Below the pieces are notes generated by a model that was not told the origin of the DNA, made no database searches, and worked only from the letters and a program-made list of their open reading frames with translations. DNA of 64,000 bases from contig OZ246403.1 in assembly GCA_965230925.1 (NCBI GenBank), forward strand, positions 3,367 through 67,366, given 5' to 3'. The first letter of the stretch is position 1. The number at the start of each line of letters is the position of its first letter. Source of the stretch: an uncultured Candidatus Saccharibacteria bacterium (lineage in GTDB: Bacteria > Patescibacteriota > Minisyncoccia > Phycocordibacterales > JACOZG01). This document shows, in pieces, positions 24,372-34,159 of this stretch. Position numbers and translations under genes: made by a program.

Positions 24372-25354
24372 AAATCGTTATCGCTACTGGTATCTACCCG
24401 CCAGAAATTGGTGGTCCAGCGCAATATGCGTTTAACCTCGAGCAAGAATTTCGACGACTTGGTCATGAGGTTTTTGTTATAAAATTTGCCGATGTGAGAC
24501 ATCTTCCTACGTTTATTCGTCATTTGGTGTATTTCAAGAAGGTTTTTGTTGCTTTGCGAAAAGCCGACTGGTGCCTCACGCTCGATACTTTTAGTGTGGC
24601 CTTGCCAGCGGTGACTGCGGGTAAATTATTGCGAAAAAAAGTAATTATTCGCACCGGGGGAGATTTCTTGTGGGAAAATTATGTTGAGCGGACGGGAGAC
24701 TTGGCTTTATTGCGTAATTTTTATCAAACAACAAGAAAACGTTGGAACCGCAAAGAAAAAATAGTTTTTAGTGTAACCAAGTTTGTTTTACAAAAAGCTT
24801 CTCTGGTTGTTTTCAGTACAGATTGGCAAAGACAGATCTGGCGCGAACCTTATCAGCTTAATCTCGAGAAAACGGTGATTGTGGAGAATTTTTATGGACC
24901 CAAATCTTCAGAAACCGTTGTTTTAGGAAAAAGTTTTTTGGTGGCCGGACGTAATTTGAAGTTAAAAAACCTAGAAATTATTAAAAATCTGAAGTTTGGT
25001 TTTGAAATTGGTCAGTGGTCGCCGGAACAACTGGACGAAAAAATTAAAAACTGTTATGCCTTGGTCGTGCCGTCAATCTCGGATATTAGTCCTAATATTG
25101 TGTTGCGGGCTATTATTTATAATAAACCTTTTATTTTAACTAAAGAGAACGGTGTTCTAGATCGATTAGGTGAAATTGGGGTTTATGTTGACCCGCTTAA
25201 CCCAGAGGATGTCAGAGAAAAACTAGAATGGTTGAGTGAGAAGACTAATTATGAGAGCCAAGTTCAGAAAATTAAAAATTTCACCCTCCAACATTCTTGG
25301 TCGAATATGGCTCAAGAATTTTTAACTCTTGCAGAAAAATATGAAAATTCTTAG
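24368..25354 (+). CDS. GT4-like glycosyltransferase
   Basis: TGIYPPEIGGPA; GR..KLKN; VPSISDISPN, a degenerate ExFG motif. Confidence 0.8.
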   Translation: MKIVIATGIYPPEIGGPAQYAFNLEQEFRRLGHEVFVIKFADVRHLPTFIRHLVYFKKVFVALRKADWCLTLDTFSVALPAVTAGKLLRKKVIIRTGGDFLWENYVERTGDLALLRNFYQTTRKRWNRKEKIVFSVTKFVLQKASLVVFSTDWQRQIWREPYQLNLEKTVIVENFYGPKSSETVVLGKSFLVAGRNLKLKNLEIIKNLKFGFEIGQWSPEQLDEKIKNCYALVVPSISDISPNIVLRAIIYNKPFILTKENGVLDRLGEIGVYVDPLNPEDVREKLEWLSEKTNYESQVQKIKNFTLQHSWSNMAQEFLTLAEKYENS

Positions 25355-26294
25355 TGTTGGTTCCGATCGTAATTTGTTCAAACCTGGGAGTGCCGTTCGC
25401 GAGCGGGTGAGTGGTTACGCGGAAGCAACTGATGGGTACTTGGTTCTTGTTCCAGGACCAGGGAATTTTTCCCCGACGCAAATTAGTTCTAAATTAAGAG
25501 TAGTTTCTCTGGGTAGAGTCGCCGCACTTTTTTGGAATCCGAGAGAACACTTTGATCTCGTGACGGCACAAGACCCGTTCGAAAATGGCTTAAATGCTTG
25601 GTTTTTGGCTAAAAGGTTAAAAGCTCAACTCGAGTTGCAAATTCACACCGATCTTTTCAGTCCCTATTTCACTAAGTTTTCTTTTTTGAACAAAATCAGG
25701 GTTATTTTGGCGAGATTTTTATTGCCTAGAGCAAATCAAATTCGCGTGGTGTCTGAGCGAATTAAAACCAGCCTCATCGAAAAATTAAAAACTGACCCAA
25801 ATAAAATTACTGTTAGACCAATTTTTGTTGATACAGAAAAAATCAAAAACGCACCCATCAAAACAGATTTGCATAAAAAGTATCCCCAGTTTGATAAAAT
25901 TATTCTCATGGCGTCGCGACTGACGAAAGAGAAAAATATCGACCTGGCTATTGAAGCGATGCCAGCAGTTTTGGAAAAACTGCCACATATTGGTTTAATT
26001 ATTGTCGGTTCTGGCCCAGAAGAGAAAAGACTAAAAGCTAAAAGCCAGAGGCTAAAAGCCAATATTATTTTCGAACCTTGGTCAGAAGATTTGCCTTCGT
26101 ATTACAAGACCACAGACCTTTTTCTCAGCACGTCTTGGTATGAGGGTTATGGTATGACTTTAGTGGAAGCACAAGCCGCTGGTTGCCCGGTGGTTTCTAC
26201 TGACGTTGGTGTTGCAAAGGAGATTGGAGTAAAGATTATTCCTGGGACAGACCCGATTTTGGCGGCAAAAATAATTACCGAAACCCTTCCATGA
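25341..26294 (+). CDS. GT4 glycosyltransferase
   Basis: SRLTKEKN; TSWYEGYGMTLVEAQAAGCPVVSTDVG. Confidence 0.85.
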   Translation: MKILSVGSDRNLFKPGSAVRERVSGYAEATDGYLVLVPGPGNFSPTQISSKLRVVSLGRVAALFWNPREHFDLVTAQDPFENGLNAWFLAKRLKAQLELQIHTDLFSPYFTKFSFLNKIRVILARFLLPRANQIRVVSERIKTSLIEKLKTDPNKITVRPIFVDTEKIKNAPIKTDLHKKYPQFDKIILMASRLTKEKNIDLAIEAMPAVLEKLPHIGLIIVGSGPEEKRLKAKSQRLKANIIFEPWSEDLPSYYKTTDLFLSTSWYEGYGMTLVEAQAAGCPVVSTDVGVAKEIGVKIIPGTDPILAAKIITETLP

Positions 26295-27334
26295 AATTGT
26301 TAATTATTACCCAGAAAGTTGATCGTAATGATCCTGTTTTGGGTTTTTTCCATCGTTGGATAGAAGAGTTTTCTAAACACTGTGAGAGTGTTGTTGTAAT
26401 TTGTTTAGAAAGAGGTGAGTTTGATTTGCCTAAAAACGTGAAAGTTCTTTCTCTCGGTAAAGAAGAGGGGAAGTCTCGTCTCAAATATCTTTGGCGATTT
26501 TATAAATATCTTTGGCTCGAGCACAAAAATTACGACAAGGTCTTTGTGCACATGAATCCCGTCTATGTGGTGCTGGCTGGTTGGTGGTGGAGATTGTTGA
26601 AGAAAAAAATTGTGTTGTGGTATACCCACAAACAAATTGGTTTGAAATTGTGGGCGGCGATTTTCTTTGTAAACAAGATTGCCACCGCTTCCGAGGAGGG
26701 TTTTGCCATCGCAACACCTAAACGTCGAATTTTGGGGCACGGTGTTGATGTTCAGCAGTTTTCTGTCCCCAAAGAAAAACAACCAGAGATAGGGATATTT
26801 CATATTGGTAGAATAACTAAAATAAAAAATTGCGAGACTCTTATTATGGCAGCCTCTCTTCTCCTGAAGGATTTTTTTTCATTTCATGTAACTTTTGTTG
26901 GGGTGCCGATCACTGCGGATGATGTGGCATATCAGGAAAAGTTACGCGGCCTTATTTGTTCCCGAGGACTCAGGAACCATATTTTTTTTATGGGTGGTGT
27001 TACGTATCGTCAACTACCGCAGATTTTTGCTAAGGCAACGATTACAGTAAACATGGCCCCGACGGGGGGGTTGGATAAGGCGGTTTTAGAATCAATGGCA
27101 GCTGCTGTTCCCGTATTTTCTTCTAATGCTGCTTTTACTCCGTATTTTAGTAAGTTTAGTTCAGTGCTTTCTTTTCGTTTTGGTGACTATAAACAATTAG
27201 CCGAAAAAATTCGTTTATTGCTTACAGAGGGAAATCTCGAAGATCTCGGTTTTTATTTGAGAGAGCGGGTAGTAACAACCAGTGATATAGGAGCTCTTGT
27301 GCGGAAAATTATTTCTTTGTATAAACATGACTAA
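26291..27334 (+). CDS. GT4 glycosyltransferase
   Basis: GHGVD; GRITKIKN; GGLDKAVLESMAAAVP. Confidence 0.85.
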   Translation: MKLLIITQKVDRNDPVLGFFHRWIEEFSKHCESVVVICLERGEFDLPKNVKVLSLGKEEGKSRLKYLWRFYKYLWLEHKNYDKVFVHMNPVYVVLAGWWWRLLKKKIVLWYTHKQIGLKLWAAIFFVNKIATASEEGFAIATPKRRILGHGVDVQQFSVPKEKQPEIGIFHIGRITKIKNCETLIMAASLLLKDFFSFHVTFVGVPITADDVAYQEKLRGLICSRGLRNHIFFMGGVTYRQLPQIFAKATITVNMAPTGGLDKAVLESMAAAVPVFSSNAAFTPYFSKFSSVLSFRFGDYKQLAEKIRLLLTEGNLEDLGFYLRERVVTTSDIGALVRKIISLYKHD

Positions 27335-28358
27335 TGTTTTTTTATTTAAAAGTAAGCCAGAGGTAAGACACCTCAAGTTTCTGAGCGAACATTTTGGGGA
27401 AAACAAAACCAACAAATTGTTCGAGGGTACTATTGATGTTTCTTTTTTTAACTTTGTTTCCGAAGACCAGGCTGATTTTATTCTTCTTCCCCACAATTTT
27501 TTTGACGTTAAAGAGGATCAGCGGTACCTAAAGGGATTGGTTGAGTGTTCCGGACGTTTGAACAAGAAAATTCTCGTCTTTGCTTATGGGGATTCTCACG
27601 AGATTATTTCTCTACCGAACACAATTATTTTTAGAACTTCTCAATATCGAACAGCTCTTCAGAAAAACGAAATTATTGTTCCGCCGCTTATCTATGATTT
27701 AGGACAAGATCTTTTGTTTCGGTCCAAAAAAAAGAGCGATGTCCCTACTGTTGGTTTTGTGGGTTGGGCCGACTTTATAAATTTTTTTCAACGAATCAAA
27801 TATTATCTAAAAATTTCTTTAAACAGCCTTCAATCACTTTTGGTTCCTAGACGGCGAGCATACAAACAGGGCATTTTTTTTAGAAGGAAGGCCATTGATG
27901 TTTTTAAGAAAAGCAAAACAGTGAAAACTAACTTTATTTTAAGAACATCCTATTCTGCGCACAAAAAAACGATTAGTATTTCTCCTGAACGGGCACGAAG
28001 AGAGTATGTTGAAAACATTTTAGGATCGGACGTCACTTTGTCCCCCAAGGGAGATGGCAATTACTCAGCCAGGTTTTTTGAGGTTTTATCACTAGGAAGA
28101 ATTCCGTTATTGGTAGATACGGAAACCGTGCTGCCTCTTGAAAACAGTATTAATTACGCTGATTTTATTATCCGGGTTGATTATCGGGCGCTTAATACTA
28201 TAGACCAAGCAGTTTATGATTGGTATGCTGATATGAGCAATGAAGTGTTTACCGCGAAGCAGAAATTGGCACAAGATGTTTACCAAAAGTATTTATCCCC
28301 CAACAATTTTATGAAGTATGTTTTTTCTCATCATCCCTTATGCGTGAAAAACAAGTAG
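27327..28358 (+). CDS. Exostosin-like (GT47) glycosyltransferase
   Basis: C-terminal Y...L.S..TLSPKGDGNYSARFFEVLSLGRIPLLV..LP motif typical of the exostosin family. ATG at 27327. Confidence 0.75.
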   Translation: MTNVFLFKSKPEVRHLKFLSEHFGENKTNKLFEGTIDVSFFNFVSEDQADFILLPHNFFDVKEDQRYLKGLVECSGRLNKKILVFAYGDSHEIISLPNTIIFRTSQYRTALQKNEIIVPPLIYDLGQDLLFRSKKKSDVPTVGFVGWADFINFFQRIKYYLKISLNSLQSLLVPRRRAYKQGIFFRRKAIDVFKKSKTVKTNFILRTSYSAHKKTISISPERARREYVENILGSDVTLSPKGDGNYSARFFEVLSLGRIPLLVDTETVLPLENSINYADFIIRVDYRALNTIDQAVYDWYADMSNEVFTAKQKLAQDVYQKYLSPNNFMKYVFSHHPLCVKNK

Positions 28359-28963
28359 ACAGGGTGGCGTATCGATCAGATCACTATCTTCATCCTGACC
28401 GGTGGGCTAGTTATTATTTTCAAATTAAAGAGTTGTTAGACCTTAAACCAAAAAGTGTTTTAGAAATTGGAGTTGGTGATAAGGTTTTTGGTTCATATTT
28501 AAAAAACAATACTGATATATACTATAAAACGCTTGATATTGCAGCAGATTTAGAGCCGGATTTTTTAGGAAGCGTTGACCATATTCCACTTACGGATTTT
28601 TCTTATGAAGTGGTTTGCGCTTTTGAAGTTCTCGAACACCTTCCCTTTTCTCAATTTACCGTTTGTTTGGAAGAACTGAAAAGAGTTTCTCAAAAGTATG
28701 TTCTCCTCAGCCTTCCTCATTTTGGGCCGGCGGTGAAGTTTAAGATAAAGATCCCCCTGCTTTCGGAGAAGAGTTTTTCATTCAAGCTTCCCTTTCCGCG
28801 GAAGCATGAATTCAATGGGCAACATTATTGGGAAATCGGGACTCGTGGTTGTTCCCGGAAAACAGTCAGAAATCATATTGCTGTACACTTTCGAATCATT
28901 AAAGAGTTTGTTCCTTTTGACAATCAGTACCACCGGTTTTATGTTTTAGAAAAAAATGTATAA
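28340..28963 (+). CDS. Class I SAM-dependent methyltransferase
   Basis: VLEIGVG; LDI; CAFEVLEHLP; HYWEIG. Confidence 0.85.
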   Translation: MREKQVDRVAYRSDHYLHPDRWASYYFQIKELLDLKPKSVLEIGVGDKVFGSYLKNNTDIYYKTLDIAADLEPDFLGSVDHIPLTDFSYEVVCAFEVLEHLPFSQFTVCLEELKRVSQKYVLLSLPHFGPAVKFKIKIPLLSEKSFSFKLPFPRKHEFNGQHYWEIGTRGCSRKTVRNHIAVHFRIIKEFVPFDNQYHRFYVLEKNV

Positions 28964-30101
28964 AAAATTAGTCTACATATCACACTGGAGATTTCCATCT
29001 GAAAAAACGATGTCCCCATTAATAATGAGAACGTGCCAGGAGTTTTCAGACCAGGGGTTTGAGGTAGAGCTGTGGACACCAAAGCGATCAAACAAAAAGC
29101 TCATCAAGTCTGATGCTTTTATTTACCACGAAACAAAAAAAAATTTCAAAATTGTAACCTTACCGGCCATTGATCTCATGGAGTCAATTGGTGGCAAGAT
29201 AAGCTTTTTCATTTTACTTACAACTTTTAATTTATCCGTTTTTTTTAAATCTTTATTTAATCGGAAACGCGTTTTCTATTCTCATGATCTTCGGGACGTT
29301 CTACTTCTGAGCCTACTTAAGATGGTTTTTTTTGTGGAAATACACGATTTTTATGAGAGTAAGATTAATTTTATGAATAAATTAGTTCTTAAGCGGGCAA
29401 CCGGAATAATTTCCACGAATTCTTTAAAAGCCAACAAGATCATTAAAAAGTATGATATTTCGCCTGATAATATTTTAAGACAGCCAAACGCTGTTGATGT
29501 AAAATTATTTGATCTAAACATCAGCAAGTTTGATGCAAGGAAAAGGTTGGGTTTACCAGAAAATGTTAATATCATCCTTTATACTGGTAGCTTGTTTTAC
29601 TGGAAGGGCGTGGACACTCTTTTGAGCAGTGCTAATTATTTGTCCACGAACACGCACATATATTTTGTTGGCGGGACAGATGATGATATTGAAAAATTTA
29701 AAACTGAAGCACAAAAGTTTAATAATGTTATAGTTGTTGGACGCAAGCCACATAAAGAGATTCCCTTGTGGCAAAAAGCCGCTGATGTGTTAGTTTTACC
29801 GAACACAGCTAGGTTTGAAGAGTCAAGAGTGGAGACTTCCCCAGTTAAACTTTTTGAATATTTGGCCTCGTCTAGACCCGTGATAGTTTCTGATATACCC
29901 TCAGTGAGAGATATTGTGTCGGATAAGGAGGTGGTTTTTTTTGCTCCAGATGATCCCGTTGATTTGGCTAAAAAAATTAACGAAATATTGGAGAAAGGGT
30001 ATTTTGAACAAAAAACGATTCAAGCTAAAAAGCTGGCTAACAAAAACAGTTGGGAGTCAAGAGTTGGTTTAATTTGTCAAATGATCAGGAAGATGTCCTA
30101 G
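28956..30101 (+). CDS. GT4 glycosyltransferase
   Basis: PNAVD; YTGSL..WKG; SPVKLFEYLASSRPVIVSD.P. Confidence 0.88.
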   Translation: MYKKLVYISHWRFPSEKTMSPLIMRTCQEFSDQGFEVELWTPKRSNKKLIKSDAFIYHETKKNFKIVTLPAIDLMESIGGKISFFILLTTFNLSVFFKSLFNRKRVFYSHDLRDVLLLSLLKMVFFVEIHDFYESKINFMNKLVLKRATGIISTNSLKANKIIKKYDISPDNILRQPNAVDVKLFDLNISKFDARKRLGLPENVNIILYTGSLFYWKGVDTLLSSANYLSTNTHIYFVGGTDDDIEKFKTEAQKFNNVIVVGRKPHKEIPLWQKAADVLVLPNTARFEESRVETSPVKLFEYLASSRPVIVSDIPSVRDIVSDKEVVFFAPDDPVDLAKKINEILEKGYFEQKTIQAKKLANKNSWESRVGLICQMIRKMS

Positions 30102-30115
30102 AGAAAAAACACACT

Positions 30116-31468
30116 ATGATAATAAGAAAAATAGGAAAGGGCTTGGTTTGGAATACTGTTAGCAATATTATAGGAAAAGCCATCGTTTTTATTAATGTTT
30201 TTATAATTCTAAATTATTTATCGGTTTACCAATATGGTGTGTCCGAACTGGTTTTTTCGGTTGTCACTGTCATGAGCCTCGCATTTTTTCCAGGGCTGAC
30301 TTCAGCTGTGACCTCTGATTTGGGTGTGGAACGATCGAGGAACAACCTTGGTGTTGTGAAGAATATTTTTGTTCAACACTCGTTGTTTGTCGGTGTGGTC
30401 GGAGTTTTATTGTGGGCCATTTTATTTTTTTTATCTCCCCTTGTTTCTTGGTTGGTTGGCAATGATTCGATAGGTTATTTTTTGAAAATCGCGTCTTTTT
30501 TGTTTTTAACATCACCAATTAGAACAGCAACCCTCATGCTTACAAGCGTGGAGATGCAGCTTATTAAACAGTCGGTATTTTCGATTATTGAAGAAACCTC
30601 AAAACTTTTGCTAATTTTGTTTCTGGTTGTTTTTTTAGATTTAAGAATTGATGGAATACTATACGCGGCTGTTTTTTCTCAGGTTTTTGCGATAGCTGTA
30701 TTTTTTCCTGTAACCGTTAAAAATTATAGTATTTTTAGTCACACCGCTACAGAACAAGACAGACGTTTTTGGGGTTTATTGCAAGGGCATCGTAAGTGGA
30801 GTGTCTTCGGTTCTTATGTGGGGTCTCTTGTTCAGGTAATCCAGATTTGGTCTATACGCTTAATTTTAGGTACTGAGGCCGTTGGTTTGTTTGCTTTCGC
30901 TTCCGGCGTGTATAGTCACGCCACATCTTTTATGGTTTTTTCTTCCGTTCTTACTTCCGTGTTTCCATATTATGTTTCAAAAACTGAAAAATTTATTCAA
31001 TTGGTACGCGCGGCAATCAAGGCTCAAGGAGTGCTCTCACTCTTTGTCATGGTTTTATCCATGGCCTTGATTCCAGTATTAGTTTTGATTTTTCCGAAAT
31101 ACAAAGAGGCAGAAATGTTAACCATCGGTCTGTTGCTTGGTCTTATCCCAAACGCCGTCTCTATGGTTCTTACCCCAATATTTTCAACACTAAAGCTGCA
31201 GTTTCAATTGTTCAAGTCAACCCTCATTAAGGTTGTTTTAAGTTTTTTTATAATTCCAGTAAGCCTTTATTTTTACGGGGCCATGGGTATTGCAACGTCT
31301 TTTGTTTTGGTGACCACTTTTTCTTGTTTTGAGAGATACTTTAGACTGAAAAATAGTTTACCGGGTTTTTTGTTTTCTGGTTTAGATTTTTTTAAGATTG
31401 ATAATACCGAACGCCAGCAAATGGGTATTCTTTATCGCGCAGCAATTCGTCGCATAGCCAAACTCTAA
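30116..31468 (+). CDS. Wzx-type oligosaccharide flippase
   Basis: About 12 hydrophobic segments; W..YG.. N-terminus and LG.EAVGLF.FA mid-motif of the MOP superfamily. ATG at 30116. Confidence 0.8.
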   Translation: MIIRKIGKGLVWNTVSNIIGKAIVFINVFIILNYLSVYQYGVSELVFSVVTVMSLAFFPGLTSAVTSDLGVERSRNNLGVVKNIFVQHSLFVGVVGVLLWAILFFLSPLVSWLVGNDSIGYFLKIASFLFLTSPIRTATLMLTSVEMQLIKQSVFSIIEETSKLLLILFLVVFLDLRIDGILYAAVFSQVFAIAVFFPVTVKNYSIFSHTATEQDRRFWGLLQGHRKWSVFGSYVGSLVQVIQIWSIRLILGTEAVGLFAFASGVYSHATSFMVFSSVLTSVFPYYVSKTEKFIQLVRAAIKAQGVLSLFVMVLSMALIPVLVLIFPKYKEAEMLTIGLLLGLIPNAVSMVLTPIFSTLKLQFQLFKSTLIKVVLSFFIIPVSLYFYGAMGIATSFVLVTTFSCFERYFRLKNSLPGFLFSGLDFFKIDNTERQQMGILYRAAIRRIAKL

Positions 31469-31501
31469 TTTTTTTGTTATGATACGCAGGTTCAAATAAT
31501 C

Positions 31502-32458
31502 ATGAAAAATTTTGTAAAAAAAATAGTAATTCGTTTGTTTTTTAGACCATTTTTTAAGATGAGAGCATCCTCGTTTGTTTATAATTACTTGAACAAAGAG
31601 GCTGTCGGTAATTATTTTAAACACAAACAGGAACTTAACAACACTGAGCGTCGTGTTGTAAACGATCTTTTACGGGACGGTATCGCGGTATCATCTTTAA
31701 AAGAGTTGTTTCCAGATAAAGAGTTGTTTTCCGTCCTGAGATCTTACGCTGACAGAATTCGGCCGCAGGGAAAAAAGAGAGAGGGAAAACCTTTTTTGGT
31801 TGCTTTGTGGGACGACAATGTTTCCCTTTCTTGGGAAAATCCTTTTACCCCGCTTTCGTTGTCCCAGGCTGTTTTAAACGTTGTGAGTGCTTATTTTTCT
31901 TTGTCAGCAAAGTTTTTTTATTATTATCTCGACGTAACATTACCAGTTGGCCAAAAGGCGACCCCTTTGAGGTCACAGAACTGGCATCGTGATCCTGAAG
32001 ACAGAAGAATGTGTAAAATGTTTGTTTATTTAAACGATGTAGATGAAAATTCCGGGCCATTTATCTATATTAAGGGATCACAGATGGGGGGGAGATATGG
32101 CAATTTTTTCCCCCAAAATCCCCCAAAGGGATCTTATCCAACCGAAGAACAGGTTTCGGTCGCTATACCGCAGAACGAAAAATTTGTTGGAACCGGAAGA
32201 GCAGGAACAGTAATTTTTGCTGACACCGCTGGACTACACCGAGGTGGTTATGCGATTTCTGGTGAAAGGTGGATGTTTACTGCTGATTATTCTTCACCTG
32301 CAGCACTTAGAAACCCGCTAAACGTGCTTCCTTCCGACTCTTTTGTTCCAGAAGAGCTCAGTCGTGACGGGCATTATGCTTTGATTCATAGTAAGAAATT
32401 TTTAGCTCGCGTAATAAACAAAATCGAGAACTTTTCTTTGAAGTATGGCCTTTATTAA
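31502..32458 (+). CDS. PhyH-like 2-oxoglutarate/Fe(II) dioxygenase
   Basis: WHRD (HxD); KMFVYLNDV..GPF.Y..GS; DTAGLHRG..R (distal His and Arg). Confidence 0.75.
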   Translation: MKNFVKKIVIRLFFRPFFKMRASSFVYNYLNKEAVGNYFKHKQELNNTERRVVNDLLRDGIAVSSLKELFPDKELFSVLRSYADRIRPQGKKREGKPFLVALWDDNVSLSWENPFTPLSLSQAVLNVVSAYFSLSAKFFYYYLDVTLPVGQKATPLRSQNWHRDPEDRRMCKMFVYLNDVDENSGPFIYIKGSQMGGRYGNFFPQNPPKGSYPTEEQVSVAIPQNEKFVGTGRAGTVIFADTAGLHRGGYAISGERWMFTADYSSPAALRNPLNVLPSDSFVPEELSRDGHYALIHSKKFLARVINKIENFSLKYGLY

Positions 32459-33320
32459 AAGTCTCGGAGTTTTGATTGAGTGTTCTTTGTTGATTTTTTC
32501 AAAGAAACATCTCTCTTTGAAAAGAAAGTTTTCTTTGTTGCTTTGTTATTTCTCTATTGTCATAAAAAGAAAACTTAGAAGAAGATTCGGTGCTTTTTTT
32601 AATTATTCCAAACAAAGAATACTGGGATTTGACGTGTTGCTAGATAATTTTAGGGAAGATTTTTATTGGATTTTTAAAGAAATTTTTATCGAGGAAAATT
32701 ATTATTTTAAGTCCGACAGAGAAGACCCTTTTATAATTGATTGCGGGGGAAATATTGGTATCAGTGTTCTTTATTTTAAAACGATCTACCCCAAATCAAA
32801 GATTATTACTTTTGAGCCAAACCCCAGTAATCTTAAGTTGCTTAATGAAAACTTGAAAAAAAACGCAATTGTTGGTGTTAAGGTTTATGATCTTGCCCTG
32901 GGCGCACGTGACGGATCGGTAGATTTTTTCACACATGGCCCTGGAACTACCATGTACGAAGAGTTTTCAATAAAACAAAAAAAGGTTAATCTGGACGAGG
33001 CTGGTTTGAAGGTAAAGGCAAAGATTGTGCGGCTGTCCCCTTATGTGTCTCAAAGGGTTGATTATTTGAAGTTGGACGTGGAGGGGGCTGAGAGCGATAT
33101 TTTGTGTGAATTGAAAGACTCGGGGTCCCTTTCTAAGGTTGATAGAATTGGTATGGAGTATCACCAGTTTTCTTCGAGCACCAACAAGTTGTCAGTTGTT
33201 GCCAACGTGTTGGAAGAAGGAAACTTTTTCTTTTTTTGTGCAAGCGGTGCCCGTAACCTTTCCGAGCCAGTAAAAAGTAATTACAAAACTTTTATGATTT
33301 TTGCTTCTAGAAACAGATGA
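32445..33320 (+). CDS. FkbM-family methyltransferase
   Basis: IIDCGGNIG; FEPNP; YLKLDVEGAE; MEYH. Confidence 0.88.
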   Translation: MAFIKSLGVLIECSLLIFSKKHLSLKRKFSLLLCYFSIVIKRKLRRRFGAFFNYSKQRILGFDVLLDNFREDFYWIFKEIFIEENYYFKSDREDPFIIDCGGNIGISVLYFKTIYPKSKIITFEPNPSNLKLLNENLKKNAIVGVKVYDLALGARDGSVDFFTHGPGTTMYEEFSIKQKKVNLDEAGLKVKAKIVRLSPYVSQRVDYLKLDVEGAESDILCELKDSGSLSKVDRIGMEYHQFSSSTNKLSVVANVLEEGNFFFFCASGARNLSEPVKSNYKTFMIFASRNR

Positions 33321-34159
33321 CCTCCCCTTTTTTAATTTTAAGTCAGTTTTTCACCGTAATCAAGAAAAGACACCTGTCGATTCCTAAACGTTTTTCTTTG
33401 CTTAGCTTGTATTTGAAGATTTTGATTGAGAGATTTATTAGGGGGAGGGTTCCGGGGTTCTTTTCAGAAAGTTCCACCAACTTTTTGTTTTCAAGGATTA
33501 ATTTTTGCCGGTTTGATGATTTTTTTTGGACTTTTATTTCTGTTTTTATTGACGAGGAGTATTATTTTAAAACGAACAAAAAATCCCCACAAATCATAGA
33601 TTGTGGAGGTAATATAGGTCTCGTGGTTCTTTATTTTAAGTGGATTTACCCCCTTTCTCGTGTGACCGTGTTTGAGCCAATAGAAGAAAATACAAAATGT
33701 TTAGAAAAAAACACCAGCTCTCTTTCTGGTGTCAGGCTAATTAATGCTGCTGTTTCTGGTAATGATGGGTACGTTGATATTTATGGTGTTGGGAGGGCGG
33801 CAACAATTGACCCAAACTTTATAAAACTAAAAGGACAGATAAAACAAAACGACAGAACAAAGAGGGTCAGTGTAGTAACGGAAAAGTTGTCAAAATATAT
33901 TGACAGCGAGGTTGATTACTTGAAAATTGACATTGAGGGTGCGGAGGGTGAGGTGATTGAAGAGCTGGCCGCCAGTGACAAGTTAAAAATGGTTGATCGT
34001 GTTGGTATGGAATACCATCATTATTCTTTGTCAGAAAATCGTCTTTCAGAAATAATAAAACATCTTGAGCTGGCCGATTTTAATGTTTCCTTTTCAGGGA
34101 ACGGCTCACTGCCAAGCTGGAGGTATTATAATTTCATGTTATATGCCAAGAGAAATTAA
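33317..34159 (+). CDS. FkbM-family methyltransferase (tandem paralogue)
   Basis: IIDCGGNIG; FEP; YLKIDIEGAE; MEYH; clearly similar to the upstream gene. Confidence 0.88.
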   Translation: MTSPFLILSQFFTVIKKRHLSIPKRFSLLSLYLKILIERFIRGRVPGFFSESSTNFLFSRINFCRFDDFFWTFISVFIDEEYYFKTNKKSPQIIDCGGNIGLVVLYFKWIYPLSRVTVFEPIEENTKCLEKNTSSLSGVRLINAAVSGNDGYVDIYGVGRAATIDPNFIKLKGQIKQNDRTKRVSVVTEKLSKYIDSEVDYLKIDIEGAEGEVIEELAASDKLKMVDRVGMEYHHYSLSENRLSEIIKHLELADFNVSFSGNGSLPSWRYYNFMLYAKRN